DNA of 64,000 bases, from IMG/VR virus record IMGVR_UViG_3300025286_000007; one strand, 5' to 3'. A model generated the notes under the pieces. The model was not told the DNA's origin and did not search any database. It saw only the letters and a program-made list of their open reading frames with translations. Numbering within the stretch: the stretch's first letter is position 1; every line of letters starts with the position of its first letter. Below, piece by piece: positions 40,711 to 49,698 of this stretch. Source of the DNA: an uncultured virus (IMG/VR IMGVR_UViG_3300025286_000007). Lineage: Duplodnaviria > Heunggongvirae > Uroviricota > Caudoviricetes. Position numbers and translations under genes: made by a program.

Positions 40711-41559
40711 ATGGCAGATGAGCTTATGACAAAGGTCGAAAAGCAAATGGAGGGTACGAATCTTGCACTAGCTGCCGTTGCTGAAGTTTTGCAAAAGATG
40801 GATGCTCGATTTTCTAATGACGAGGAAGCAGAGATTAGAAAGGAAGAGGAACAGATAGCCTTTTCTGAGAGAACCGCTCTTGTAAAGGATATTGCCTCAG
40901 AGGTGGTAGGCATTTTGAAGCAGGGTGGTTTGGATGTAGATGGGACTAAGGTACGTAGTGCTGCGAAGACGGGTAAGGGCGGCAGTGCAGATGATTCTGA
41001 AAAGCCGGCCAATATTTCAAGCAATATTGCGGATCAGCAAGCTACTATTCAGGCTATGAAGAAACAGAAGGATAATGGAGATGGGGAAGAAGAAGAGGAC
41101 GAAGATGTACTCCCGCCCAAGGGTGGATACATGAAGACTCATGTTCCTGGTCATGAAGATGACGATGAGGAAGATGTAGAAAAAGAGGGTGCCGACGAGT
41201 ACCCAGCAGAAGAGGACGAGCCAGAGAATGAGGAAGATGAGATGAAGTCTATGAAGAAAGAACTAAAGGCCCTGAGAAAGCAGATACGAACTGTTAATAG
41301 TTCTATGGAGAAGGCGATTTCTAAGGAAGCTGAGAGCCGCCTTCGCAAGATGGGCTTTAGGGAAGAGAATGGACTACAGAGACCTCAGCGTATTGAGACT
41401 CCTCTAGGCGTTGACGGTTCTACTCCTATTGTGAAAACTGGTAGTAGTACCGATACTGTTGAACAGCTAGTAGGATTGTCTTATAAACAGCTTCGTGATC
41501 TACAAGCCCAAATTGAAATGGGTAACACTGAGGGAGTTCCAAGGGAACTTCTTGGGTAG
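40711..41559 (+). CDS. Capsid scaffolding protein
   Basis: Acidic coiled coil immediately upstream of the MCP gene. Confidence 0.7.
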   Translation: MADELMTKVEKQMEGTNLALAAVAEVLQKMDARFSNDEEAEIRKEEEQIAFSERTALVKDIASEVVGILKQGGLDVDGTKVRSAAKTGKGGSADDSEKPANISSNIADQQATIQAMKKQKDNGDGEEEEDEDVLPPKGGYMKTHVPGHEDDDEEDVEKEGADEYPAEEDEPENEEDEMKSMKKELKALRKQIRTVNSSMEKAISKEAESRLRKMGFREENGLQRPQRIETPLGVDGSTPIVKTGSSTDTVEQLVGLSYKQLRDLQAQIEMGNTEGVPRELLG

Positions 41560-41585
41560 TTTAAAATTAATTAGGAGGAAATATC

Positions 41586-42923
41586 ATGGCTAATCCATCC
41601 CTAGCGGAATATTTAGCCCAATCGCAACGTGGACTGTATCAGTCAGTCTTCGGCCCAGAGTACTTGATGAAGCAGACGTACTTCACGGTTGATACTGCTA
41701 CTGGTATTTTTAACACTACGTATGGGCGTAAGGTGTGGCAAGCCCTGAATAACCAAACACGCTTTTTCAATGCCATTCCCAGAACGGTCTGGGGTAACAC
41801 GGCTGGTTGGCGTGTAAGGACGGACAGGGGTTCGGGACGATCCCGACCTGTGACAGAGACCGGCTCTCTTCCGACAGTTGATATTTCCAACATTGAGACC
41901 GTATCGAGCTTGCCTCGTGTAGTCTCTACGACTTTTGGTGCCTCCGTGAAGTCAGTATTCACGGCGCAGCTAGAAGGCGGTGTTGGGGATGTGCTGGCGT
42001 TGGAGAACGAGAATGCACAGCTTGACCATGTCAAGGAAATTAACGAGGAACTTCTTGCAGGTTCCGCATATCTAGTATCTGCTGGTGCATCGACAACGTT
42101 TACCGTTCCAGCAGCTATTGCAAAACATTTTAAAATCGGTGATGCAGTTGGAATGAATAACGTTGGTACTGGATTCGACAGGACTTCTGGTTCTGCTGTT
42201 TCCGCAGTTAACACTTCTACTGGTGTAGTAACTGTTGCTAGCGGTACTGCCTATGCCGATGGTGACGTAGCATTCATCTACAGTCGGGCTGGCCTAACTT
42301 CCATTGATGACATCGTTATGGAAGACGGAGCGGTTGTGGGTGGTGGTTCTGGTGGGGCCAACGTTAGGGCTTATGACTTAACTCAGGCTGGCAGGACGGC
42401 GGGTGATTGGAATGCTGGTGCTAGTGTTTCATATAACTCAGGTACGGGACGAGACTTGTCTCTAAACCTACTTGACACAGCTATTCAGAAGATTAGGGAG
42501 AATGGTGGAGAGCCGAAACTGATTCTTCTTGGGCATGACCAGTACTTTAAGCTAGAGAGGCTTTTGAACTCTAACCAGAGGTACATGGGACAGGAGGAGT
42601 ATCAGGTAGGTATCGGTTCAGAGCGAACTTTCCCCGGCACTCGAACTGGTCTTGTGTTAGCTACGTATCAGGGAATTCCAATTCTTCCAGATGCTGATGT
42701 GCCGAAGTCGGTTTCGACTGCGGATGCGGTGTTGGGAAGTAACGTCTATGTTTTAGATACAGACTATCTTGAAATTGCAGTTGCTCAACCTACTCAGTAT
42801 GTTGAGAACCGTGACTACTTCGCAGCCAATGCGCTAGTGGTTCGTGGTTTGCTATATACCATGGCAGAAATGCGATGCAAGAACATCTTTGTTCAAGCTA
42901 AGATTGCAGACTTGAACACTTAA
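41586..42923 (+). CDS. Major capsid protein (HK97 fold, with an inserted domain)
   Basis: Strong RBS and high-expression codon bias; ETGSLP, YQGIPILPD, YVLDTDYL motifs; followed by a hairpin. Confidence 0.8.
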   Translation: MANPSLAEYLAQSQRGLYQSVFGPEYLMKQTYFTVDTATGIFNTTYGRKVWQALNNQTRFFNAIPRTVWGNTAGWRVRTDRGSGRSRPVTETGSLPTVDISNIETVSSLPRVVSTTFGASVKSVFTAQLEGGVGDVLALENENAQLDHVKEINEELLAGSAYLVSAGASTTFTVPAAIAKHFKIGDAVGMNNVGTGFDRTSGSAVSAVNTSTGVVTVASGTAYADGDVAFIYSRAGLTSIDDIVMEDGAVVGGGSGGANVRAYDLTQAGRTAGDWNAGASVSYNSGTGRDLSLNLLDTAIQKIRENGGEPKLILLGHDQYFKLERLLNSNQRYMGQEEYQVGIGSERTFPGTRTGLVLATYQGIPILPDADVPKSVSTADAVLGSNVYVLDTDYLEIAVAQPTQYVENRDYFAANALVVRGLLYTMAEMRCKNIFVQAKIADLNT

Positions 42924-42940
42924 TAGACTCTAGGTATAAT

Positions 42941-42968
42941 GGGGCGTAAGCTATAAATCTTACGCCCC
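42941..42968 (+). terminator. Stem-loop after MCP (terminator or mRNA stabiliser)
   Basis: GGGGCGTAAG/CTTACGCCCC 10-bp stem; weak U-tract. Confidence 0.6.
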
Positions 42969-43006
42969 TAATACCTTTAATAATTTTTGTAATGGAGGAT
43001 AACAAT

Positions 43007-43642
43007 ATGGCAAAGCATACATTTAATATGGCCGATGTAACGGGCGATACTAAAGTTATTGCACGATCTTCATACGGTTACGATTGGAATTATTTGGCCG
43101 ATGATGAAACCCTTCTTTTTGGTAGTACGGACGAAACTGCTTTCAGTGTCAAAAATATGATTCCGGGTACTGGTATTTCTACTGGGTCTGGTACTGTTTG
43201 TAAAGGTTCCGTCTTGCGAATGGGGGATGTCATCGAAACAACTATTATTATAGATTTAACAGGTCTAAACTCAGGTGATGCTGACGGTGATATTATTGGT
43301 GTAGCAGCAACGGCAAACTGTCATATTGGACAGATTACCGCTGCTAAGAATGGCACCATTACTCACGGCTATATGCAATGTGTGGAAACCCCAGCAGGTG
43401 GGGAGCCTGATATTGATTTGTTTTCTGCTACCGAAGCTACTGGTACGGAGGAAGCACTTGTCACTGGTTTGACCGAAACAGCTTTGTTGGCTACTGCGGT
43501 AGATTGGACAGGCATTCTAGCTCCTAAAGGAATTACTGCTGTTCCCGCTGCTAACGAGTATTTGTATCTAGCCGCCTCTGGTGGGTCTACAAATGCAACT
43601 TATACGGCTGGTAAATTTATCATTAAACTTTATGGGTCTTAA
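43007..43642 (+). CDS. Probable capsid decoration/minor structural protein
   Basis: Follows MCP; T/G/A-rich; ends YTAGKFIIKLYG. Confidence 0.55.
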   Translation: MAKHTFNMADVTGDTKVIARSSYGYDWNYLADDETLLFGSTDETAFSVKNMIPGTGISTGSGTVCKGSVLRMGDVIETTIIIDLTGLNSGDADGDIIGVAATANCHIGQITAAKNGTITHGYMQCVETPAGGEPDIDLFSATEATGTEEALVTGLTETALLATAVDWTGILAPKGITAVPAANEYLYLAASGGSTNATYTAGKFIIKLYGS

Positions 43643-43648
43643 GTCATT

Positions 43649-43683
43649 AGGTAGCCATTTTCAGATAGGGGTGGCTACCTTTT
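43649..43683 (+). terminator. Intrinsic terminator
   Basis: AGGTAGCCATT/GGTGGCTACCT stem followed by TTT. Confidence 0.7.
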
Positions 43684-43735
43684 AATGATGGAAACGAGGT
43701 TTATATAATGTAAATTTAGAGGAAGGTGTGTATTT

Positions 43736-44008
43736 ATGGCCTCTAGAAAACAACAAGAGTCTCTTTCTATAGATTTAGCAGTTTATATGGAACGATTAGA
43801 CACTTATATTTCAACGCAAAGTACTTTAAATGAAACGTTATGTAGAAGTTTAGATAAGGTTAATGATGAGCTAGACGATTTAAGGTCATGGAGAAACAAG
43901 ATGTATGGCGCTAAAGCTGTAGCAATATTTGCAGGAATTCTTTTCGCTCATGCTACAGTAGTTTTAGGAGCGATATTAGGAATAATACGATTAAGATGGG
44001 GAGTGTAA
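43736..44008 (+). CDS. Coiled coil plus C-terminal TM protein (holin-like, tentative)
   Basis: Hydrophobic C-terminus. Confidence 0.5.
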   Translation: MASRKQQESLSIDLAVYMERLDTYISTQSTLNETLCRSLDKVNDELDDLRSWRNKMYGAKAVAIFAGILFAHATVVLGAILGIIRLRWGV

Positions 44009-44011
44009 TTT

Positions 44012-44938
44012 ATGGCAAATGAACGACATACCGATGCGAGGGGTTGGGAAATAGACTTTTCTACTAGGCAATCTGTCCATCCATATACAAGATACTCACC
44101 GTTTAGAGCAGCTACTTCAACTACAGTATCTACCTTATTTACTGTATCTAGAGGAGAAACCGCTACTAACTGGGTAACAAATCCTAGAGTTGAGGCTGCA
44201 GATGTTACTATGTTCACGGCAACTGGTTCAGCGATATCCAGAGATACTGGGCAAGCTTCATTAGGAACAGCTTCTTTACTTGTGAACCCAGCGAACTCCG
44301 ACGCCGATGAAGGAGTTTATTGGGACTCTCCTTTAATACCTTTCAATATTAATCCTCAACATCTAACAGTTCAGGTCGAACATCGAGGCGCATCAGCTTC
44401 AGGAGCAGTGACTCTTGAACTAATGGATTCGTCAGGTACAGTTCTTGCAACATCAGGAACAGATAGTTTAGCAACTTCTTGGAGACGATTAACAGCACAA
44501 TATACAGTTGCTGGCAGTACTGCAGCCGCGGCCTATAGATTATCTATAACTACTACTGCTCAACATAATATAAATTTTTATGTAGATAAGATTATGTTTG
44601 AGGTCAGAGAAGATACTACAGCAGTTTCTACTTATATAGATGGTGATAACGGAATTAATTATGAGTGGACAGGAACAGCTAACGCTTCTACGTCAATTAA
44701 GAAACCGGGATTAGCTCTTATTAAAGGAATATTCTTAAAGAATGAATCAGGAACTGCGGCTGATATCGTCTATGTAGCTTTTGATACAATAGCTACTTCT
44801 ACTACTGGCATACCAATATTGGGTGGTGGTACGTTAGATACAAATTGGCCTTTAGGATTTACTAATAAGATTACCGTAATAGCTGCCCAAAATACTCCAA
44901 CAGTTAGCGGAGTTGTTTGGGGAACTCATTACGCCTAG
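44012..44938 (+). CDS. Virion structural protein with a carbohydrate-binding-like domain
   Basis: NWVTNPRVE..., FYVDKIMFE, YIDGD..WTGTANAS. Confidence 0.6.
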   Translation: MANERHTDARGWEIDFSTRQSVHPYTRYSPFRAATSTTVSTLFTVSRGETATNWVTNPRVEAADVTMFTATGSAISRDTGQASLGTASLLVNPANSDADEGVYWDSPLIPFNINPQHLTVQVEHRGASASGAVTLELMDSSGTVLATSGTDSLATSWRRLTAQYTVAGSTAAAAYRLSITTTAQHNINFYVDKIMFEVREDTTAVSTYIDGDNGINYEWTGTANASTSIKKPGLALIKGIFLKNESGTAADIVYVAFDTIATSTTGIPILGGGTLDTNWPLGFTNKITVIAAQNTPTVSGVVWGTHYA

Positions 44939-44950
44939 GAAGAGAATATA

Positions 44951-46573
44951 ATGAGTATTGATCTCTATTCATGGGCATCAGATGATGCTGAAATAATGCT
45001 ATTAGAAAAAGCTCAAAACGGTAGAACTACTGTTGAGGATATTCAAGGTGCATTAGAGGAATATCAAAAATTGTGGAAAGCTGGAATAGCTTCTAAAGCT
45101 GAGGTTTTAACACTCTCTCGTGCCTTTCCCGATGCTCCTGAATATACAGAAGCTGCTCAAGAATTTAATATTTCTGAACCATTAGTTATCGGTGGCCCAG
45201 CCTCTGTAGAATTAATTGATAGAGAAGGTCATATGATAACAACCGATGCTTTGGAACGGGCCTTTAAACGCTATATGGCTAACTTTCGTACTCGTAATGC
45301 TATGGTACTCCATAGTGATGTTCAAGTAGGTTGGGCATTACCAGCTTATATAAGTAAAGGTGGACAGATTTTTAAGTCTGGTGTAGACGATAAAGGACTA
45401 TATTTTATTTGTGAAATCAGAGATGACACTCGTATAGCGCAAAGAGTTATAGATCAAATAAATGACGGTAAGCTTAAAAGTTATTCTATTGCTGGATCAG
45501 CCACTAAGACTCAAAACATGCAGAAAGGCTTAATGCCTTATATGCAAGTAGATGAAATGGAACTTGCAGAAGTAACTGTATGTGAAAAGGGAGTCAATCA
45601 GGGGGCTGGGTTTGACTTATTAAAGAGTCTGTCTACACCACAAGGTTCTTGTATTGATGGAAGTTGTTTGATTAAACTGGAGAAACGTGATGGTCAACTC
45701 AGTCCCGTAGAAGCAGGATTACGACAAGCCACTCCACCAGAATTAGAGGTTGGTATTAAATGTGAATCATGTCAGTATTTTATACGAACCGCTGAGGATG
45801 AGGTTGGAACGTGTGAATTGGTCATGGGTGATATACATTCTGAGGATTGGTGTAAATTGTATAGTCCTAATTTATCTTCTGAAGGAGGTGATCCAACATC
45901 TAGCGTAGGAAATAAACTTAATGTATTGGAGATAGTACTTATGGAAAATAAAAAAGGAAACATAGATTTTATTAAATCATTTGGTAAATGGCAGGAATTA
46001 CAAAAATCTGAGGATTGTGCATGTATTGTAGTTGGTCATGATACTATATCTGTCTTTACAGATATATTAGCTAAAGCAGATAAAGACCCCTTGAATAATG
46101 GCAAATCTTTCAATACCTTACATAACTATGCTGCACGAGATGCGGAACATCATCAACTACTAAGAGAATATGGTTTTCCTTCGGAGCAACCCCTTGAAGG
46201 AATGAGGTATACACCTGTTGTAGAAGTGGAAACTAATGATTGGGGAATACCAATAAATCATAAACCTCCATGGACAGTTAATGAAGCTGGTCAAGAACTA
46301 GGAGATAAGTTAGATGAAGACTCTCCTGATTATCATAAGTCTGCAGCAGCTAAGGCTAGAAAGGCTGCAGCAGAATCTGATCATCCATGGTATTCACCAG
46401 AGATAAGTATAACTAAACAATTTCTAAACTATATGGATTTATTTAAAGCGGAGAATAATCCGTTTGCGATAGCTACTTCCCAAGCTAAAAAGCAGGGACA
46501 TAGCAATTTTAAAGAAGGAAGTGTTGGGGATTCCCAAAGGAAGAAAATTGCTGAAGCAATAAAAAGAAATTAA
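44951..46573 (+). CDS. Prohead maturation protease (HK97-type) with an internal HiPIP-like domain
   Basis: GPASVELIDREGH, HSD..VG, SYSIAG, LAEVTVC..G.N; CESCQYF..C.LV.G.I..EDWC. Confidence 0.75.
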   Translation: MSIDLYSWASDDAEIMLLEKAQNGRTTVEDIQGALEEYQKLWKAGIASKAEVLTLSRAFPDAPEYTEAAQEFNISEPLVIGGPASVELIDREGHMITTDALERAFKRYMANFRTRNAMVLHSDVQVGWALPAYISKGGQIFKSGVDDKGLYFICEIRDDTRIAQRVIDQINDGKLKSYSIAGSATKTQNMQKGLMPYMQVDEMELAEVTVCEKGVNQGAGFDLLKSLSTPQGSCIDGSCLIKLEKRDGQLSPVEAGLRQATPPELEVGIKCESCQYFIRTAEDEVGTCELVMGDIHSEDWCKLYSPNLSSEGGDPTSSVGNKLNVLEIVLMENKKGNIDFIKSFGKWQELQKSEDCACIVVGHDTISVFTDILAKADKDPLNNGKSFNTLHNYAARDAEHHQLLREYGFPSEQPLEGMRYTPVVEVETNDWGIPINHKPPWTVNEAGQELGDKLDEDSPDYHKSAAAKARKAAAESDHPWYSPEISITKQFLNYMDLFKAENNPFAIATSQAKKQGHSNFKEGSVGDSQRKKIAEAIKRN

Positions 46574-46591
46574 GAACTAGAGGAGGTTTAT

Positions 46592-46834
46592 ATGTTTGGT
46601 TTTATATCGAACTTTCTAAGAGCGTTGGCACATCGGGAAGAGAATACTAGAGCTTTAGATAATTATTATCGCATAGAATACGCAAATGAGCTTGATAAAC
46701 TTCCTCCATCTGTTAAATTGCTCAGGATTCAAGACCTGTGGGGAAACTATACTTATGAATATAAAATCATAAGTAATCAGCATATTAAGAAATACAGCAC
46801 AGCCTTAAAAAATTATAGGGGGTTGAAAAGATAA
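46592..46834 (+). CDS. Hypothetical protein
   Basis: GAGGAGG RBS. Confidence 0.6.
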   Translation: MFGFISNFLRALAHREENTRALDNYYRIEYANELDKLPPSVKLLRIQDLWGNYTYEYKIISNQHIKKYSTALKNYRGLKR

Positions 46835-46983
46835 TGGGTAAAGTAAGACCGCAAATATTTTTAGCGATTCTTGTGCTAGGAATTTTAGCTGGAATAGGCG
46901 CTATGAATGGAGTACCTGAGCTTGCAACCGCAACAATTGGTGGAATCATAGCTTTGGGTATGAAAGTACTAGAAAATGAGTAA
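46834..46983 (+). CDS. 49-aa two-TM membrane peptide (not in the ORF track)
   Basis: MGKVRPQIFLAILVLGILAGIGAMNGVPELATATIGGIIALGMKVLENE; TAATG coupling. Confidence 0.65.
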   Translation: MGKVRPQIFLAILVLGILAGIGAMNGVPELATATIGGIIALGMKVLENE

Positions 46984-46998
46984 AGGGGGATCATATTC

Positions 46999-47220
46999 AT
47001 GGTATATGTATACGAAGCTGAATTAACTAGTTGTTCTTGTATAGAAACAGGAAATTGTAGTTGTCTTGAAAATTATGGAGCAGAATGTGATTGTGAGTGT
47101 GATTGTGTTCTATGCATAATGAACGAGAACAAAGAATATAATAGTTGTGGTTGTGGTGGAAATTGTTCTTGTGGAAAATATTCTGAAGAGAATTATTTAA
47201 ATGAACTTGGTGATGATTAA
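46999..47220 (+). CDS. Metallothionein-like Cys-rich protein
   Basis: 13 Cys in 73 aa, mostly CxC. Confidence 0.6.
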   Translation: MVYVYEAELTSCSCIETGNCSCLENYGAECDCECDCVLCIMNENKEYNSCGCGGNCSCGKYSEENYLNELGDD

Positions 47221-47257
47221 TGAGCGGTTTCCATAGTCATTTAAGGACTAAAACACT

Positions 47258-47551
47258 ATGACTTATATAGTTACTTCAACTTGTGTAGATGTATTAGATA
47301 AAGCATGTTTAGATGTTTGTCCAGTGGACTGTATTTACCTTGAGGAGGGTGTAGACCGTATGGTGTACATTGCTCCTGATGAATGTATAGATTGTGCTGC
47401 ATGTGAGCCTGTATGCCCAGTAAATTCAATTTTTGCTGAAGATAGTGTACCCGAAGCTGAAAAAGCTTATATTCCCCTCAATTATGATTACTTTGAAAAA
47501 GATAAAGATACAGTAAGAGCAACACTAAATGAAATGGTTCCTGTAAAATAA
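47258..47551 (+). CDS. 7Fe ([3Fe-4S][4Fe-4S]) ferredoxin, FdxA-type
   Basis: CVDVLDKACLDVCPVDC and CIDCAACEPVCP. Confidence 0.9.
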   Translation: MTYIVTSTCVDVLDKACLDVCPVDCIYLEEGVDRMVYIAPDECIDCAACEPVCPVNSIFAEDSVPEAEKAYIPLNYDYFEKDKDTVRATLNEMVPVK

Positions 47552-47596
47552 AAGGAGATTATGCCTTTCAAAACAGGGCTTTTAAACTCTTGGGTA

Positions 47597-47657
47597 ATGG
47601 TATAGGTCATCTTTTATCTTTAAAGCCCCTCTACGGGCTTCCTAGAGCGCCTTAGCT
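47597..47657 (-). repeat. Bipartite intergenic element, copy B (inverted)
   Basis: Reverse complement reads AGCTAAGGCGCTCTAGGAAGCCCGTAGAG-N19-TGACCTATACCAT. Confidence 0.75.
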
Positions 47658-47722
47658 TTGGCAAAACATGTAGAAATTAGGAAAAACGCCTAAAAACTCC
47701 TTATTTAGTATAAAAATAGCAA

Positions 47723-48079
47723 ATGACTACAGAAATAATAATCGACTTACCATACTCCCCATTACCTAATCAAGTCGAAATTAAAAATTCGTCGATACAT
47801 GGTTTAGGTTTGTTTTCTGTGAAAGACATTCCACAAGGAATAGAGCTTGGAATAACACATATTAAACATAAGTTATTTCCAAATGGATGGATAAGAACTC
47901 CGTTAGGTGGATTTTACAATCATTATGAAAAACCTAACTGTTTTATCACAGATAAATTATTAATAGATAATACAGCAGTCAAAATATTGGTAACACTAGA
48001 ACACATTCCAACGGATACAGAATTAACTTGTAAGTATTCTTTGTGGAATATTGATGTTTTATTAAAGCATATAGTTTAG
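47723..48079 (+). CDS. SET-domain protein
   Basis: SSIHGLGLFS..DIPQG, FYNH..PNC, ELTCKY. Confidence 0.85.
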   Translation: MTTEIIIDLPYSPLPNQVEIKNSSIHGLGLFSVKDIPQGIELGITHIKHKLFPNGWIRTPLGGFYNHYEKPNCFITDKLLIDNTAVKILVTLEHIPTDTELTCKYSLWNIDVLLKHIV

Positions 48080-48555
48080 TTATAATATTTTACATGCTTT
48101 CTATCAAAAGAATCTTGAAGGTCTTGTCTCGCTTTCTCATTAATAAACTTTCCAACTAGTTGTAAATAAGTTTTAGTGAAATTTGGCCCATGATGATCTG
48201 CTGGGCCTTTCTGATAATTAATTACATGAGCCATCTCATGACAGATAAATGGAATCCTTTTTACTACATTAGATGGAATGGCTACATAAGTGGGGGTAGC
48301 ATAAGCAATATGTTTTGCAAGCCTTCTTCTAATGCTAGTTGGAATGGTTTTCTTGTTACCGGTATAGAGAATAGGCTTCTCAATATTTGCCCATGTAGAA
48401 ACAGAATGAATTAGTTGTTCTGCCTTTGTTTGAGATGTCTGAGGATGTATATGCCAGAACATACATTGTTCTTCCGCATCATACACTTTCTGTCTTTGAA
48501 AATCTCTTATATGGATGTTTGGAATAGAATCACTATCTATAGCTCTCATCAACAT
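48076..48555 (-). CDS. SprT-like zinc metallopeptidase
   Basis: RDFQRQKVY.AE, HEMAH, HGPNF. Confidence 0.7.
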   Translation of the reverse strand: MLMRAIDSDSIPNIHIRDFQRQKVYDAEEQCMFWHIHPQTSQTKAEQLIHSVSTWANIEKPILYTGNKKTIPTSIRRRLAKHIAYATPTYVAIPSNVVKRIPFICHEMAHVINYQKGPADHHGPNFTKTYLQLVGKFINEKARQDLQDSFDRKHVKYYN

Positions 48556-48567
48556 ATTTCCTGCTGT

Positions 48568-49404
48568 TTAAGCATTTTCGGACTGTGGAGATAATCCTTC
48601 CCCTTCCAACAAAACAGATTTAAGAGCGTCCTTTCGTCTAGCATCCCTACGTTCCATAGCAGAATAATAATTATCTGAATCATCGTAAAGGAACTTTAAT
48701 TCCTGATGGTCTATAAATTCATAGATACGTTCTGGATGTGTAGAAAAGCCCATCCAAGTCATTACATCTACCCCGAAACCTAATTGAATGGCTGTGATAC
48801 GGCTAGTTAACCCAAGTAAATATCCACTACCGTGGAACAATCCACCCCCCGAATTACCAAAAATACTGGGAGCGTTGGTCATAAGATAGGACTTTTGCTC
48901 AATCATCTCTCGTAGATATGTTAAAGAACCTTGAGAAGAGAATGGGTCATGGAGCAATGAACATCCAGATACCCATACATCATCAAACAGCTTTAAATTC
49001 TCAAGTTCGCCTTTAGGATAGAGAGTTGCTACATAAGGCATCTGTCTAGGATTATTTAATCTAATAGCCGCTACATCATGATTTTTATCATAGGCAATAA
49101 TCTTTCCTGTAGTCGAATTTGCAGATACTACTTTAGAACCTTCATAATCAAATACTTCTACAGTAACTTCTTCAAGAATATCTTTCTTGACTTGACGTTT
49201 TAATACTGCATCCCACTCATCAATTATTTTAATATTCCCATCTATAACATGCTCACAGGTTAGAGCAATATTTATAAAGTTACCCTCATGTTTAAGGTCT
49301 GGAGCAGAATAAATTAATACTCCACTTCCACCTGCTTGTCCAGCCCTAACTCTTGTAACTGGATATAAAATACGTTCGTGTAGTTCTTGTTGTGTTAAGC
49401 TCAT
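48568..49404 (-). CDS. Trypsin-like serine protease
   Basis: GSGV, LTCEHV (His), HDVA (Asp), GNSGGG (Ser). Confidence 0.85.
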   Translation of the reverse strand: MSLTQQELHERILYPVTRVRAGQAGGSGVLIYSAPDLKHEGNFINIALTCEHVIDGNIKIIDEWDAVLKRQVKKDILEEVTVEVFDYEGSKVVSANSTTGKIIAYDKNHDVAAIRLNNPRQMPYVATLYPKGELENLKLFDDVWVSGCSLLHDPFSSQGSLTYLREMIEQKSYLMTNAPSIFGNSGGGLFHGSGYLLGLTSRITAIQLGFGVDVMTWMGFSTHPERIYEFIDHQELKFLYDDSDNYYSAMERRDARRKDALKSVLLEGEGLSPQSENA

Positions 49405-49414
49405 TTCAAGCCCC

Positions 49415-49648
49415 CTATTCGGGAATGATAAGGTTGTCCAATGCTTTAATTGTAGCAGTACTGAACTCTTTGAGTTCTTTGACCAATGCTTTCTTTTCAG
49501 CCATAGTAATTTTTTTGTCTTTCATGGCTTTTCCAAGAGATTGTACCACATCAAGGGCTTCCTTAATAATGTTTTTAGCTGCAGCCGACTGTCCCGCATT
49601 TAATTGGATAAATGTTATGGCTAGGTTTATAATTGCCAGTGGATTCAT
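49415..49648 (-). CDS. Small helical hypothetical protein
   Basis: AAGGAG RBS on the minus strand. Confidence 0.6.
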   Translation of the reverse strand: MNPLAIINLAITFIQLNAGQSAAAKNIIKEALDVVQSLGKAMKDKKITMAEKKALVKELKEFSTATIKALDNLIIPE

Positions 49649-49698
49649 GTTTTTTTTCTCCTTACTTTTAGACTTGATAAGAACCTTATTGAAATGGA

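Noticed and set aside
23..47000. Numerous minus-strand and alternate-frame ORFs (e.g. 23-667, 11024-11476, 20703-21284, 41639-42214)
   Set aside because: They are shadows of well-supported + strand genes and show no motifs or RBS
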